From Pseudomonadota bacterium (GTDB lineage: Bacteria > Pseudomonadota > Gammaproteobacteria > Steroidobacterales > Steroidobacteraceae), in contig JAJYFU010000002.1 in NCBI GenBank assembly GCA_021790795.1, positions 1,674 to 65,673 on the forward strand: 64,000 nt of DNA, read 5' to 3'. The position numbers and the translations under genes were made by a program. Within the stretch, counting starts at the first letter, position 1. Each line of letters begins with the position of its first letter. Under the pieces are notes generated by a model that ran no database searches, was not told where the DNA came from, and saw only the letters and a list, made by a program, of their open reading frames with translations. Below are positions 13,280-23,386 of the stretch, piece by piece.

Positions 13280-13648
13280 ATGCGACCAGCTCACTTCAAA
13301 TCGGCCCTGCGTCTCAGCCTGGGGCTCGCGGCACTCTCGGTACTGCTCGGCGGCTGTGTCTACCGCATACCCATTCAGCAAGGGAATTACATCGATGGCA
13401 CGGCGGTACGGCAGCTGAAGGTCGGCATGACTCGCTCGCAGGTGCGCTACCTGCTCGGCACGCCGATGATCAAGGATCCCTTCGACGTCGATCGGTGGGA
13501 TTTCGTGTACTACTACAAGCACGGATACTTCTCCCGGCCGTACGAGAGTCGCGTGACCGTATTCTTCAAGAACGGCAAGGTCAGCCACTTCGCCCTTTAC
13601 CACGTGCCGAAAGGCCAGCCGCTGATCCCGGGGCTCCCCTCGTCGTAA
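13280..13648 (+). CDS. bamE: outer membrane protein assembly factor BamE (SmpA/OmlA lipoprotein)
   Basis: The track ORF starts at 13070. I use the in-frame ATG at 13280, which gives MRPAHFKSALRLSLGLAALSVLLGGC (lipobox). The core IQQGNYIDGTAVRQLKVGMTRSQVRYLLGTP is typical of BamE. Confidence 0.88.
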   Translation: MRPAHFKSALRLSLGLAALSVLLGGCVYRIPIQQGNYIDGTAVRQLKVGMTRSQVRYLLGTPMIKDPFDVDRWDFVYYYKHGYFSRPYESRVTVFFKNGKVSHFALYHVPKGQPLIPGLPSS

Positions 13649-13712
13649 AGACGTTCCTCGCCGGCCCGCGCCGCCTGCCCCAAGCGGATCATGCGCTCCG
13701 ACTCCTCGCCCC

Positions 13713-14030
13713 CTACCCCGAGCGTCGCGCTGCGGCGCCGGCCGCTGCGCGGCCCGCGCGCTCACGCCGCCGCTCGCGCGGGTCCTGCCCTAGAGGCCGA
13801 TACAACTCGATCCGATCGCCGTCTTGCGGCACATCGGCCCGGCTGCGCAGCTCGCCGAAGATACCGACCGGCGCGCTGTCCCAGGGCACCGGCGCGTCCG
13901 GGGCAGCAGCGCGGGCCGCGGCCAGCGCTTCGCCGATACATGCTTCGCCCGGCAGCTCCACCGGAATCAGATACTGGCGCTGCGGCGCGGCATAGGCGAT
14001 CAGGCAGCGCTTGCGGACCGGCTCGCTCAC
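13713..14030 (-). CDS. RnfH-family (RatB/YfjF-like) ubiquitin-fold protein
   Basis: 105-aa ORF containing DGDRIELYRPL. Its GTG start overlaps the ratA stop (GTGA). Same position as E. coli ratB. Confidence 0.8.
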   Translation of the reverse strand: MSEPVRKRCLIAYAAPQRQYLIPVELPGEACIGEALAAARAAAPDAPVPWDSAPVGIFGELRSRADVPQDGDRIELYRPLGQDPRERRRERAGRAAAGAAARRSG

Positions 14031-14476
14031 GTCCCGGCGAGTCCGACGGCCGGCGCGGACGAGCGGCTGCGGGCCACGAACGCATCGACCAGGGAGCTGA
14101 CGGTCTCGGCGAAAATGCGATCGAACAGCACCCCCGAAAGCGCGCTCTTGAACTTGAAGCTCAGGCCCAGTTCCACGAGCGTGCCCTCACCGGCCGGCGT
14201 CAAGCGCCACTCACCCTGCAGGGTGCTGAACGGCCCGCTCACCAGGCTCATCAGCACTCGGCTGTCCGGCTCCAGGACATTACGAGTCGTGAACTCCCCA
14301 TGCAGCGGACCGCGCCGCACACCGATGGTGGCGATGATTTCCTTGTCGCTGCGCGAGAGCACGCGCGCGTGCGTGCACCAGGGCAGGAACTGCGGGTAGC
14401 TGTCGATGTCGTTGATGAGCGCGAACAGCCGCTTCGGCGGTAAGCTGACCAGCGCCGAGCGCTTGACCTCTCGCAT
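14027..14476 (-). CDS. ratA: SRPBCC-family ribosome-association toxin RatA / CoQ-binding Coq10-like protein
   Basis: I use the internal ATG at 14476 ([10 protein letters not shown]...). Contains [12 protein letters not shown]. Divergent from smpB, as in E. coli. Confidence 0.82.
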   Translation of the reverse strand: MREVKRSALVSLPPKRLFALINDIDSYPQFLPWCTHARVLSRSDKEIIATIGVRRGPLHGEFTTRNVLEPDSRVLMSLVSGPFSTLQGEWRLTPAGEGTLVELGLSFKFKSALSGVLFDRIFAETVSSLVDAFVARSRSSAPAVGLAGT

Positions 14477-14584
14477 GAGCGAATTGTCCCAGGATCGGCC
14501 CGACCGGCACAAGAGCCGCGCGGGAAATCCCTGCCGCGAAGCGCACGCACGCTACAATGCGCGTCCGCACCGATCCGCACACTC

Positions 14585-15055
14585 ATGCCTGCCCAAGCTG
14601 ACCCTTCCCGACGGTTGATCGCCGAGAACCGCAAGGCGCGCTTCGATTACTTCATCGAGCAGCGCTTCGAGGCCGGTCTCGCCCTGCAGGGCTGGGAGGT
14701 CAAATCCATGCGCGCCGGGCGCACCCAGCTGAAAGAGGCCTATGTCTATCTGCGCGGCGCCGAGGCGTTCCTCATTGGCGCGCACTTCTCGCCCCTGCCG
14801 ACCACATCAAGCCATGTGCCCGCCGACCCGGTGCGCACGCGCAAGCTTCTGCTGCACCGCAGCGAGCTCAATGGCCTGATCGGCGCGGTCGAGCGGCGCG
14901 GCTATACGCTGGTGCCGCTCGAGCTGTACTGGAAGCACGGCCGGGCGAAGCTTTTGATCGGTCTCGCCAAGGGCAAGAAGCAGCACGACAAGCGCGCCAC
15001 CGAGAAGGAGCGCGACTGGCAGCGCGACAAGGCGCGGCTGCTGCGCCGAGGCTGA
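14585..15055 (+). CDS. smpB: SsrA-binding protein SmpB
   Basis: 156-aa ORF containing [17 protein letters not shown] and [10 protein letters not shown], with a basic C-terminal tail. Confidence 0.97.
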   Translation: MPAQADPSRRLIAENRKARFDYFIEQRFEAGLALQGWEVKSMRAGRTQLKEAYVYLRGAEAFLIGAHFSPLPTTSSHVPADPVRTRKLLLHRSELNGLIGAVERRGYTLVPLELYWKHGRAKLLIGLAKGKKQHDKRATEKERDWQRDKARLLRRG

Positions 15056-15058
15056 GCC

Positions 15059-15880
15059 TCAGGGCATGTCCAGCCCTTGCAGCAGCGCCGGCAGCGGGTG
15101 GGCCGCGGAGACGTTCTTGGAGCTGCTGAAGCTGTAGATCAGATTCATCGTGGTCATCGTCAGGGTGTGACGCACCTGCCCGGGCGGCGGATTGGTATTG
15201 TTCGTCACGTCCACACCGAACGACAGCGACAGGTGCTTGTGGACCTTGACCTGCACGGACAGATCGTCGGTGCTCATCGTGTTGGTGGCTCCCGACTCGA
15301 TCAGCATCGTATTGAGCACCTTGGCGTTCGACGAGAACACGTGGGAAAACTGCGCGCCGACGTGTACCACCGGCTCCCCCATGGCAATCTCGGGCTTGCG
15401 CGAGGTCACTTCGCCGAAGGCGTTGTACGTCAGCGCCTCGGGCTCCTCGCGCAGGTAGCCCGCGCCAAGCTCGGTCGAGAGTTTGTTCGATTTCGACTCG
15501 ATCAGCAGGCGCCCCATGCCGCTCGCGGCGCTCTCCTGGTAGGCAAAACCGTCGAACCGGTTGCGATCGTAGAGCGCCCCGCCGAACCAGAAGGTCCGCT
15601 TGCTCAAGGTCAGATTCACCCCGAGGCGCGCGCGCTCGTCCTCCGTGGTGGCGATGGCGTTGGTGCTGGCGTAGTTTCCCGCGACACTGGCACTGTATAC
15701 CCAGCGGCCCAGCTCGCGCGCCGCGGCGAGCTTCGTGTTCCCGCTATCGGTATTGGTGATGCCGCGCGAGAGGATGACGCCCAGCGACCCATAGGTGGCC
15801 CAGGCCGATTGCGCCTGCGCCTCCGCACACACCATCAGGGCGGCACCCAACGCCACCCAGCCCCAGTTCCACATCCGCAT
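15059..15880 (-). CDS. DUF481-type outer membrane beta-barrel protein (YdiY-like)
   Basis: 273-aa ORF. Signal peptide ends ...CAEAQAQ. The sequence has an alternating beta-strand pattern. The family call is from memory of DUF481 proteins, not a search. Confidence 0.6.
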   Translation of the reverse strand: MRMWNWGWVALGAALMVCAEAQAQSAWATYGSLGVILSRGITNTDSGNTKLAAARELGRWVYSASVAGNYASTNAIATTEDERARLGVNLTLSKRTFWFGGALYDRNRFDGFAYQESAASGMGRLLIESKSNKLSTELGAGYLREEPEALTYNAFGEVTSRKPEIAMGEPVVHVGAQFSHVFSSNAKVLNTMLIESGATNTMSTDDLSVQVKVHKHLSLSFGVDVTNNTNPPPGQVRHTLTMTTMNLIYSFSSSKNVSAAHPLPALLQGLDMP

Positions 15881-16023
15881 CGAAAATGAGCCTCACTAAG
15901 GCGCCTGCGGCGCTCATTAAATCGTCTAAATCTTTTTAGTGTATACCAATTTTCCATGAAATCCGGACGATCAAGCTTCTCGTGCGCGGCGCCGGCGGGT
16001 CGGGTATGCTGGCGCTGTTCTCT

Positions 16024-16377
16024 GGGGGCGACCGGTTTCGACGTGGGTTGCGAACCTTCAGGGGCGTACCGAGGCGCAGTGCCCTCGTAAATCACGCTGC
16101 AAAACCATAGTTGCCAACGACGACAACTTCGCTCTCGCCGCCTAATCGCGGCTGACCTTCGACCGGTCCGTGCCTGTGCGGCCGACTCGGGGGACGCGTT
16201 CACAGGCTCGCGATCCGACGTGCGACGGGCCGGATCGTTAAGAGTCACCGTCCGCTGGCGCTTCGCCTTACCCTGCCCCTCGGGTAGCGCGGCGCGAGAA
16301 ACAAAGAGCGGGCTACGTACGTAGAGCCTGAAGTCTAGGACTTGCGGACGGGGGTTCGATTCCCCCCGCCTCCACCA
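16024..16377 (+). ncRNA. ssrA: transfer-messenger RNA (tmRNA)
   Basis: 5' end GGGGGCGACCGGTTTCGACG and 3' tRNA-like end GGACGGGGGTTCGATTCCCCCCGCCTCCACCA. The internal tag reading frame 16113-16145 encodes ANDDNFALAA followed by a stop. Located just downstream of smpB. Confidence 0.95.
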
Positions 16378-16383
16378 ACTCGC

Positions 16384-16412
16384 GGCGTGCGCGCCCCTGG
16401 GCCGCGCACGCC
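16384..16412 (+). terminator. hairpin after ssrA
   Basis: 10-bp stem GGCGTGCGCG / CGCGCACGCC with a 9-nt loop, starting 7 nt after the CCA end. No U-tract follows. Confidence 0.45.
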
Positions 16413-16677
16413 GCCCCCCGGCTCATGGCCCAGCTTGAGCAGACCACGGAGCACGCACGACCCGGCCGCCGCGGGAACGCGCGGGGCGCACGAGTGTCAT
16501 CTCATCATCGTGCGGATTCAGCCGGCATGTTAGGTCGCCGGCGGTCATCCCGAGCGCCGGGACTCGATGTACGAGACTCGGCCGCAAGCGGCCATCGCCC
16601 TAAAGAAATGTGAACATGGAGCACGGCTGCGTGTTTCTCTCTCGCGACAAATGCGCTACGCTCCCTGATCGATCATC

Positions 16678-18336
16678 ATGTTGGCTAAAGCAGGGACCTG
16701 TCGCCACTCGGCGACAGTCGCGCTTGAACCTGGGGCCGCACATCCGGTTCTAACAGCAACTTCGTATGTAGGGCTGCAGGAAACATTGGCATCCATCGCT
16801 CATCGAATCCCGCCTCTCGCCGCGCTGTCGCTCATCTGTCTCGCCTGCATGCCCGGACCCGCCGCGGCGCAGCAGCCGGCGCCCCGGCCGTTCAGTTTCG
16901 CCACCGTCGAGCATCTGGCCGCGCTGCGCGCCCGACAGCCCTATGCGGCGCGCTCGAGCGCGCTGCCGCGCACGCTCAGGCGGATCACCTACGCGCAATA
17001 TCGATCGATCCGCTTCAAGCCGCAGGACGCGCTGTGGCACCACGACTCGATGTTCGACGTGCAGTTCTACCATCGGGGTTTCGCCTTCACGCACGAAGTG
17101 CACATCTACACCGTATCGCCGGCGGGTGTGCGCGCGGTGCAGTACCAGCCTTCGATGTTCGAGTTTCCGCCGGCGCTGGCGCGGCTGCGGCTGTCGCAGA
17201 ACCTCGGGTTCGCGGGTGTGTCGGTCCACTATCCGCTCAACTCGCCCAACCGGCGCTCCGCCGTCATCGCGTTCCTGGGCGGGACTTACTTCCGCGTGCT
17301 CGGACGCAATCAGGTCCCGGGGGTTACGGCGCGCGGACTGACGATCGACACCGCCGCGGTCAGCGGCGAGGAATTCCCCTACTTCACGGATTTCTGGCTG
17401 GTGCGCCCGGCGCCGCAGGCGCGTACGATGACGATCTATGCGCTGCTGCAGAGCCCGAGCATCACCGGGGCGTATCGCTTCGTGCTCACCGCGGGGACCG
17501 TCACGCGGGTGACGGTCAGCGCCGTGCTTTATCCACGCCGCAATATCACCCAGCTCGGGATCGCGCCGCTGACCTCGATGTTCCTCTACGGCGTGAACTC
17601 GGCGCGACGGCGCTTCGACAACTGGCGCCCGCAGGTCCATGACAGCGACGGACTGCTGATGCACACCGGCACTGGCGAGTGGCTGTGGCGGCCGCTGCAG
17701 AACCCGCTGCGGCTCGAGGTGAACCGCTTCATGGATCACGATCCGCGCGGCTTCGGGCTCATTCAGCGCGACCGCAATTTCGCCGACTACCAGGACCCGG
17801 CGGCGCGCTTCGAGCAGCGGCCGAGCTACTGGATCCAGCCGCTCGGACACTGGGGCTATGGCGGGGTAGAGCTGGTCGAGATCCCGGCTACCGAGGATAT
17901 CGACTACAACGTGGACGCGTACTGGGTGCCGAGCGCTCCGGTGCATGCCGGTCAGCCGCTCGCCTTCTCCTATGTGCTCTCGGCGTATCTGCACTCCGGC
18001 GACCGCTGGCCGCCGGGCGGCAAGGCCGTGGCCACACGCTTCGGCCCGGTATTGCGCGGTACGAGCCAGGCGCACGGGTGGCGCCAGACCCTCATCGACT
18101 TTTCCGGCGGCGACCTCGGCGGTCTGCGCGCCGATCAACCCGTGCGCGCCGTGGTGACGGCAACGGGCGCGGCAATCTCTGAGGTGAGCGTGCAGCGCGT
18201 TCCGGAGGACAGCGATTGGCGGGCACGATTCACGGTGCATCCGACCGGCGGACCGATTGATCTGCACTGCTATCTCGAGCTCGACGGGGCGGCACTGACC
18301 GAGACGTGGACGTACCAGTGGACGCCACGCTCGTGA
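16678..18336 (+). CDS. opgG: periplasmic glucan biosynthesis protein OpgG (MdoG)
   Basis: 552-aa ORF carrying MdoG-family blocks FYHRGF, GAYRF and HDSDGL. An alternative TTG start at 16786, preceded by AGGAAA, would give a cleaner signal peptide (MASIAHRIPPLAALSLICLACMPGPAAAQ). Confidence 0.88.
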   Translation: MLAKAGTCRHSATVALEPGAAHPVLTATSYVGLQETLASIAHRIPPLAALSLICLACMPGPAAAQQPAPRPFSFATVEHLAALRARQPYAARSSALPRTLRRITYAQYRSIRFKPQDALWHHDSMFDVQFYHRGFAFTHEVHIYTVSPAGVRAVQYQPSMFEFPPALARLRLSQNLGFAGVSVHYPLNSPNRRSAVIAFLGGTYFRVLGRNQVPGVTARGLTIDTAAVSGEEFPYFTDFWLVRPAPQARTMTIYALLQSPSITGAYRFVLTAGTVTRVTVSAVLYPRRNITQLGIAPLTSMFLYGVNSARRRFDNWRPQVHDSDGLLMHTGTGEWLWRPLQNPLRLEVNRFMDHDPRGFGLIQRDRNFADYQDPAARFEQRPSYWIQPLGHWGYGGVELVEIPATEDIDYNVDAYWVPSAPVHAGQPLAFSYVLSAYLHSGDRWPPGGKAVATRFGPVLRGTSQAHGWRQTLIDFSGGDLGGLRADQPVRAVVTATGAAISEVSVQRVPEDSDWRARFTVHPTGGPIDLHCYLELDGAALTETWTYQWTPRS

Positions 18337-20261
18337 GCGCCGGCTCCTCGCAGCGCTCCGGGATTACGCGCCTGCGACGGACGATCCTGCTCGGCTTGAC
18401 GGTGCTCACCGCCGGCGCCGCCACCGGGATGATGTGGAACATCCTCGCTGCGAATGGCCTCAATGATCTCGACCGCGCCGGACTGGTGCTGTTCTTCGTT
18501 CTATTTCTATGGATCGCTCTGTCGTTCTGGACCGCGGTGGCGGGATTCGTGGTGCGCTTGCGCGGGCGCGACCCGGCCCAGCTGACCGCGCCCGTCGCGA
18601 ACTGCGGCCCGCTGCGCTCCCGCACCGCCGTGGTCATGCCCATCTACAACGAGGACACCGCGCGCGTGGCCGCCGGGCTCGAGAGCATCTGGTCGTCGAT
18701 CCAGCGTCTGCCCGAAAGTTCCGCATTCGATCTGTTCATCCTCTCCGACACCCGGGACACCGCCATCGGCGCCGCCGAGGAGCGCGCCTGGGCCGAGCTG
18801 GTGACGCGCCACGACGCCGGCGGTCGCATCTTCTACCGGCGCCGCTCGGAGAACCGCGGCCGCAAGGCGGGCAACATCGCCGATTTCGTCACCACTTGGG
18901 GCGGCGCCTACGACTATGCGATCGTGCTCGACGCCGACAGCATCATGTCCGGCGAGGCGCTGCGCGAGCTGGTGCGCCTGATGGAGGCGCACCCCCGCGT
19001 CGGCATCATCCAGGCACTGCCGCTGCCGGCGGGCCGCGAGACGCTGTTCGCGCGCCTGCTCCAGTTCGCCACCCGCCTCTCCAGCCCGATGCTCGCCAGC
19101 GGCCTGGCGTACTGGCAGCTCGGCGAGAGCAATTACTGGGGCCACAACGCCATTCTGCGCCTGCGGGCATTCGCGGCCTTCTGTGGTCTGCCGCGCCTGC
19201 CGGGCTCCGCGCCGCTCGGCGGCGATATCCTGAGCCACGACTTCGCCGAGGCGGCGTTCATGCGCCGGGCGGGGTTCGAGGTCTGGCTGCTGCCGATCGA
19301 TCGGGGCAGCTGGGAAGAGATCCCCTCCAACGTCATCGACTACGCGGCGCGCGACCGGCGCTGGGCGCAAGGCAACATCCAGCACCTCGGGCTGCTGCGG
19401 GCGCGCGGTATGCACTGGCTGAGCCGAGTGAACCTCGTGAGCGGAGTGCTCGCCTACGTCGCCTCGCCGCTGTGGCTGCTGGAGCTGGTGCTGAGCTCGA
19501 GCGTCATCATTCTCCAGGCGCTGCACGGCCACCAGTACTTCGTCCCCGGCAGTCACGGACTCTTTCCCAGCTGGCCGCATTACCACGACGGGGAGATCGC
19601 GGCGCTTCTGTCCCTCACGGGCGTCGTGCTGTTCCTGCCGAAAGTGCTCGCCGCCGTGCTGGCACTGCTCGACCCGGCGCTGCGCCGGGGCTTTGGCGGG
19701 GCGCTGCGGCTCGGTGCGAGCGTACTGCTCGAGCAGATCTTCAGCGTGCTGCTCGCCCCCGCGATGATGTTGTTCCATACCGCCTTCGTCATCACCACCT
19801 TCGCCGGCCGATCCGTGGGTTGGCACGCGCAGGAGCGAGGTGATCGCGGCGTCGGCCTGCGCGAGGCGTTGCGTCGGCACGCCTGGCACCTGTCGATCGG
19901 CGTGATCTGGGGCGTATTGATACTCAAGCTCGCGCCGCGCTACACCGGCTGGCTGACACCGGTGCTGCTCGGCATGGTGCTGTCGGTGCCGCTGACGATG
20001 CTCACCAGCAGCGCCTCGGTCGGCCGCTGGCTGCGACGGCGGCGACTGCTGCTGACGCCGGAGGAGGCCGACCCGCCGGCGGAACTCGCCGAGCTGCGCC
20101 GGCGCCTGGAGCGCCCGGCGGGCTCCGGGGGCGGTCCGCACGAGGAACCGGCGCCGCGAGTGCCAGCCCGCGCACCGCTGGAGATGCCGACGCAGCCCCT
20201 GCGCTGCTGGAGCGTGCGCGACGCCCTGAATCTCAATGGTCGGCGAACGGAGATCTCATGA
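18333..20261 (+). CDS. opgH: glucan biosynthesis glucosyltransferase OpgH (MdoH)
   Basis: GT2 core VVMPIYNED...ILSDT...RKAGNIADF...LDADS...QRxRWAQGN flanked by multiple TM segments. The track ORF starts at 18306. I prefer the in-frame GTG at 18333, which overlaps the opgG stop (GTGA). Confidence 0.9.
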   Translation: MSAGSSQRSGITRLRRTILLGLTVLTAGAATGMMWNILAANGLNDLDRAGLVLFFVLFLWIALSFWTAVAGFVVRLRGRDPAQLTAPVANCGPLRSRTAVVMPIYNEDTARVAAGLESIWSSIQRLPESSAFDLFILSDTRDTAIGAAEERAWAELVTRHDAGGRIFYRRRSENRGRKAGNIADFVTTWGGAYDYAIVLDADSIMSGEALRELVRLMEAHPRVGIIQALPLPAGRETLFARLLQFATRLSSPMLASGLAYWQLGESNYWGHNAILRLRAFAAFCGLPRLPGSAPLGGDILSHDFAEAAFMRRAGFEVWLLPIDRGSWEEIPSNVIDYAARDRRWAQGNIQHLGLLRARGMHWLSRVNLVSGVLAYVASPLWLLELVLSSSVIILQALHGHQYFVPGSHGLFPSWPHYHDGEIAALLSLTGVVLFLPKVLAAVLALLDPALRRGFGGALRLGASVLLEQIFSVLLAPAMMLFHTAFVITTFAGRSVGWHAQERGDRGVGLREALRRHAWHLSIGVIWGVLILKLAPRYTGWLTPVLLGMVLSVPLTMLTSSASVGRWLRRRRLLLTPEEADPPAELAELRRRLERPAGSGGGPHEEPAPRVPARAPLEMPTQPLRCWSVRDALNLNGRRTEIS

Positions 20262-20313
20262 TGCTCGAGAAAAAGATGAACGGCTGGCCCGTCATACCGG
20301 CGGGAGTCCTGTG

Positions 20314-21927
20314 ATGCGGCGGCGCAGCTTTCTGCAAGCGGGCGCCGCGAGCCTGGCGTCGATCGCGCCCTGGCCCATGGCGGTCAAGCAGAAGACGACG
20401 CGCAAGCCCCCGCCTGCGAAAGGTATCCGGCATTTCGGCCCTGCGCAGCCGTTCTCGTTCGAGCAGCTCAAAGCCCGCGCGCACGCCATGTCCCTGACGG
20501 TGTATGACGAGCGGTATCCGCCGCTCCCGGCGGCGATCCGCAACCTCACCTGGAACCAGTGGGAGGCCATCAGCTACCGTCCCAACCGCGAGCTCTGGTA
20601 CGAGGACAACTTGCTGTTTCGCATCCGCTTCGACCATCTCGGTTACACCATGAAGCGGCCGGTGGATATCTACACGCTCGAGAAAGGCGTGGCGCGGCAG
20701 GTCCTGTTCGAGCCCGGCCTGTTCGATTACAGCGGATCCGGACTGAAGCCGGCCCAGCTCACGCGCAATCTCGGCTTCTCGGGATTCAACGTGCTGTTTC
20801 ACACCAACTGGGTGGACGACCGGGTTGTGTTCCAGGGCGCGTCCTACTTCCGCGCCGTCGACGGCACCGGCCAGTACGGCATGTCGATGCGAGGACTGGC
20901 GATCGACACGGGAATGCCGCAGCCCGAGGAGTTCCCCAAATTCATCGAGTTCTATCTCGAGAAGCCGCAGCCGGAGTCCAACCAACTCATCCTCTACACG
21001 CTGCTCGATTCTCCCAGCGTATCCGGCGCGTACCGCTTCGTCATCGACGTCGCCAGCACGCTGATCATGGACGTGGATCTGACCCTTTACCCGCGCAAGC
21101 AGATCACCCGGCTCGGCATCGCGCCAGGCACCAGCATGTACCTGGTGGGCGAGAACGATCATCGGGTCGCCGACGACTGGCGGCCACAGATTCACGATTC
21201 CGACGGCCTGCAGCTGCACACCGGCGTCGGCGAGTGGATCTGGCGGCCGCTCACCAACCCGAACGTGGTGCGCGTGAACTCGTATTTCGACGACAACCCG
21301 CGCGGCTTCGGCCTGATGCAGCGCGACCATCGCTTCTCCGACTACCAGGACGACGGCGCCTGGTACAACCGCCGCCCCAGCTGTTGGGTCGCGCCGAAGG
21401 GCGCATGGAACAAGGGCGCGGTGATGCTGGTCGAGATCCCCACCGATACCGAGACCATGGACAACATGGTGGCGTTCTGGAATCCGGCCGAGGAGATCGT
21501 GCCGGGCCGGGCGTACGATTACGGCTATCGTCTCTACTGGTGCGCAGAGAATCCCCTCAACCCCGACCGGGCGCTGGTTCGCGCCACACGCGATGGCATC
21601 GGCGGCGTGGTGGGGAGCAAGCGGACGAAATTCTCCTGGCGGTTCGTGGTGGATTTCGTCGGCGGCGACATACCGATGCTCACCAAGGACGACCCGGTGG
21701 TCGCCGTGATCACCACTTCTCACGGGCACGTCCAGATCGTCTCGGCGCGGCCGTTGGTGCCGATCAAGGGTTGGCGGGCGATGTTCGATCTGGTGCCGGA
21801 CGGGGCGCCGGGGCCGATCAATCTCCAACTGTATCTCTCCCTGCACGGCCAGGCGTTGTCCGAAACATGGATGTATCAGTACACACCGCCGCCGCTCGCC
21901 GTGCAGCGCACCTACCTCTCCACTTAA
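20314..21927 (+). CDS. opgD: Tat-exported OpgG paralogue (OpgD/MdoD-like)
   Basis: The ATG at 20314 gives a twin-arginine leader, MRRRSFLQAGAASLASIAP. The same MdoG-family blocks as opgG are present (GAYRF, HDSDGL, RGFGLMQRD). Confidence 0.85.
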   Translation: MRRRSFLQAGAASLASIAPWPMAVKQKTTRKPPPAKGIRHFGPAQPFSFEQLKARAHAMSLTVYDERYPPLPAAIRNLTWNQWEAISYRPNRELWYEDNLLFRIRFDHLGYTMKRPVDIYTLEKGVARQVLFEPGLFDYSGSGLKPAQLTRNLGFSGFNVLFHTNWVDDRVVFQGASYFRAVDGTGQYGMSMRGLAIDTGMPQPEEFPKFIEFYLEKPQPESNQLILYTLLDSPSVSGAYRFVIDVASTLIMDVDLTLYPRKQITRLGIAPGTSMYLVGENDHRVADDWRPQIHDSDGLQLHTGVGEWIWRPLTNPNVVRVNSYFDDNPRGFGLMQRDHRFSDYQDDGAWYNRRPSCWVAPKGAWNKGAVMLVEIPTDTETMDNMVAFWNPAEEIVPGRAYDYGYRLYWCAENPLNPDRALVRATRDGIGGVVGSKRTKFSWRFVVDFVGGDIPMLTKDDPVVAVITTSHGHVQIVSARPLVPIKGWRAMFDLVPDGAPGPINLQLYLSLHGQALSETWMYQYTPPPLAVQRTYLST

Positions 21928-21945
21928 CATCGACAGGGCCGCAAC

Positions 21946-21973
21946 GCGGTGCGCCGAGCGCTCGGCGCACCGC
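21946..21973. terminator. perfect 28-bp palindrome downstream of opgD
   Basis: GCGGTGCGCCGAGC|GCTCGGCGCACCGC, 19 nt after the opgD stop. No U-tract, so it may be a bidirectional hairpin or a protein-binding site. Confidence 0.4.
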
Positions 21974-22117
21974 GGCCCGGTACGGACCCGGGCGAATGCG
22001 GGGTGGAAAATCCGCGCCGCTTGCAACATAATCGAAAATCCCTGAGGCCACATAGGGATTGGAGGTCGGACGCCGAGGATCGCAACGATCCTGCGCCGTC
22101 ACGACACCGAGGCGCAT

Positions 22118-23386
22118 ATGCCGCTGCGCTCACCTCAAATGCTCGATACCGAGCCCCCGGCTGATCTCGGCGCGCAGTTCGAGCGGGTGCGCAGCCGGAC
22201 CGAGCAGCTGTGCGCGCCGCTTGCCCCCGAAGATACGGTCGTACAGTCAATGCCCGATGCCAGCCCCATCAAGTGGCATCTGGCGCACACGACGTGGTTC
22301 TTCGAGCGCTTCGTGCTCGGGCGCGGCGGCGAAGGCGGTGCGCCGCTTCATCCGCAATGGCACTTCCTGTTCAATTCGTATTATCAGAGTGCCGGACCGA
22401 TGCACGCTCGAAACGAGCGCGGATTGATCACGCGGCCGACACTGGCGCAGATCCGCGACTACCGCCGGCGCATCGACGCCGCGGTGCTCGAGCGCCTGCG
22501 CAGCGACATCGATGCCGCTCTCGCTTTCACGCTCGTGCTCGGTCTGAATCACGAGCAGCAGCACCAGGAGCTGATGCTCACCGACATCAAGCATTTGTTC
22601 TGGTGCAATCCGCTGCGCCCGGTGTACGCCCCCGCGGCGCCCGCAGCGGCCGGACGCGTCACACCGCTGCGATTCCTGCCGGGCCGCTCGGGCATCGTCG
22701 CAAGCGGCTTCGCGGGCGAGGGGTTCGCTTACGACAACGAGCTGCCGCGCCATCCTGAGCTGCTGCACCCTCATGCGATCGCGCACCGACCGGTGACCAA
22801 TGCCGAGTACGCCGAGTTCATCCGCGCAGGCGGCTATCGCGAGCCGCGCCTGTGGATGTCGGAGGGTTGGGCCGCGCTGCAGCGCGAGGGCTGGACGGGT
22901 CCGCTCTACTGGTCCGAGGACTTCGAGCACGTCTTCACGCTCGGCGGAGAGCGCCCGCTCGATCCGCATGCGCCGGTTTGTCACGTCAGCTACTTCGAGG
23001 CCGATGCGTTCGCCCGCTGGGCCGGCGCCCGCCTGCCGCTCGAGGCCGAATGGGAGTCCCTCGCCGCGCCGCTCGACCCCCGCCGCGGGCATTTCGCCGA
23101 TGACGGTGTATTACAGCCCCGCCCGGGCGCCGACACGGAACCGAGTCAGTTGTTCGGCGACGTCTGGGAGTGGACGGCGAGCGCCTACGTCGGCTATCCG
23201 GGATTCCGCCCCCTGCCCGGCCCGCTCGGGGAATATAATGGTAAGTTCATGTGTGGACAGTGGGTGCTGCGCGGCGGCTCGTGCGCGACCCCGCGCGGCC
23301 ACGTGCGGGCCAGCTACCGCAACTTCTTCTACCCGCGCGACCGCTGGCAGTTCTCGGGCATCCGTCTGGCGCAGGATCGGCCATGA
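22118..23386 (+). CDS. egtB: ergothioneine biosynthesis sulfoxide synthase EgtB (DinB-like plus FGE-sulfatase domains)
   Basis: 422-aa ORF containing WHLAHTTWFFE, LNHEQQHQEL, FAYDNE and a C-terminal GDVWEWT...RGGS. Its stop overlaps the egtD start. Confidence 0.88.
   Translation: MPLRSPQMLDTEPPADLGAQFERVRSRTEQLCAPLAPEDTVVQSMPDASPIKWHLAHTTWFFERFVLGRGGEGGAPLHPQWHFLFNSYYQSAGPMHARNERGLITRPTLAQIRDYRRRIDAAVLERLRSDIDAALAFTLVLGLNHEQQHQELMLTDIKHLFWCNPLRPVYAPAAPAAAGRVTPLRFLPGRSGIVASGFAGEGFAYDNELPRHPELLHPHAIAHRPVTNAEYAEFIRAGGYREPRLWMSEGWAALQREGWTGPLYWSEDFEHVFTLGGERPLDPHAPVCHVSYFEADAFARWAGARLPLEAEWESLAAPLDPRRGHFADDGVLQPRPGADTEPSQLFGDVWEWTASAYVGYPGFRPLPGPLGEYNGKFMCGQWVLRGGSCATPRGHVRASYRNFFYPRDRWQFSGIRLAQDRP

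Noticed and set aside
16378-16677. Possible genomic island integrated at ssrA
   Set aside because: No integrase, no duplicated tmRNA 3' end and no compositional shift is visible downstream. The next genes, opgGHD, look like core genes.
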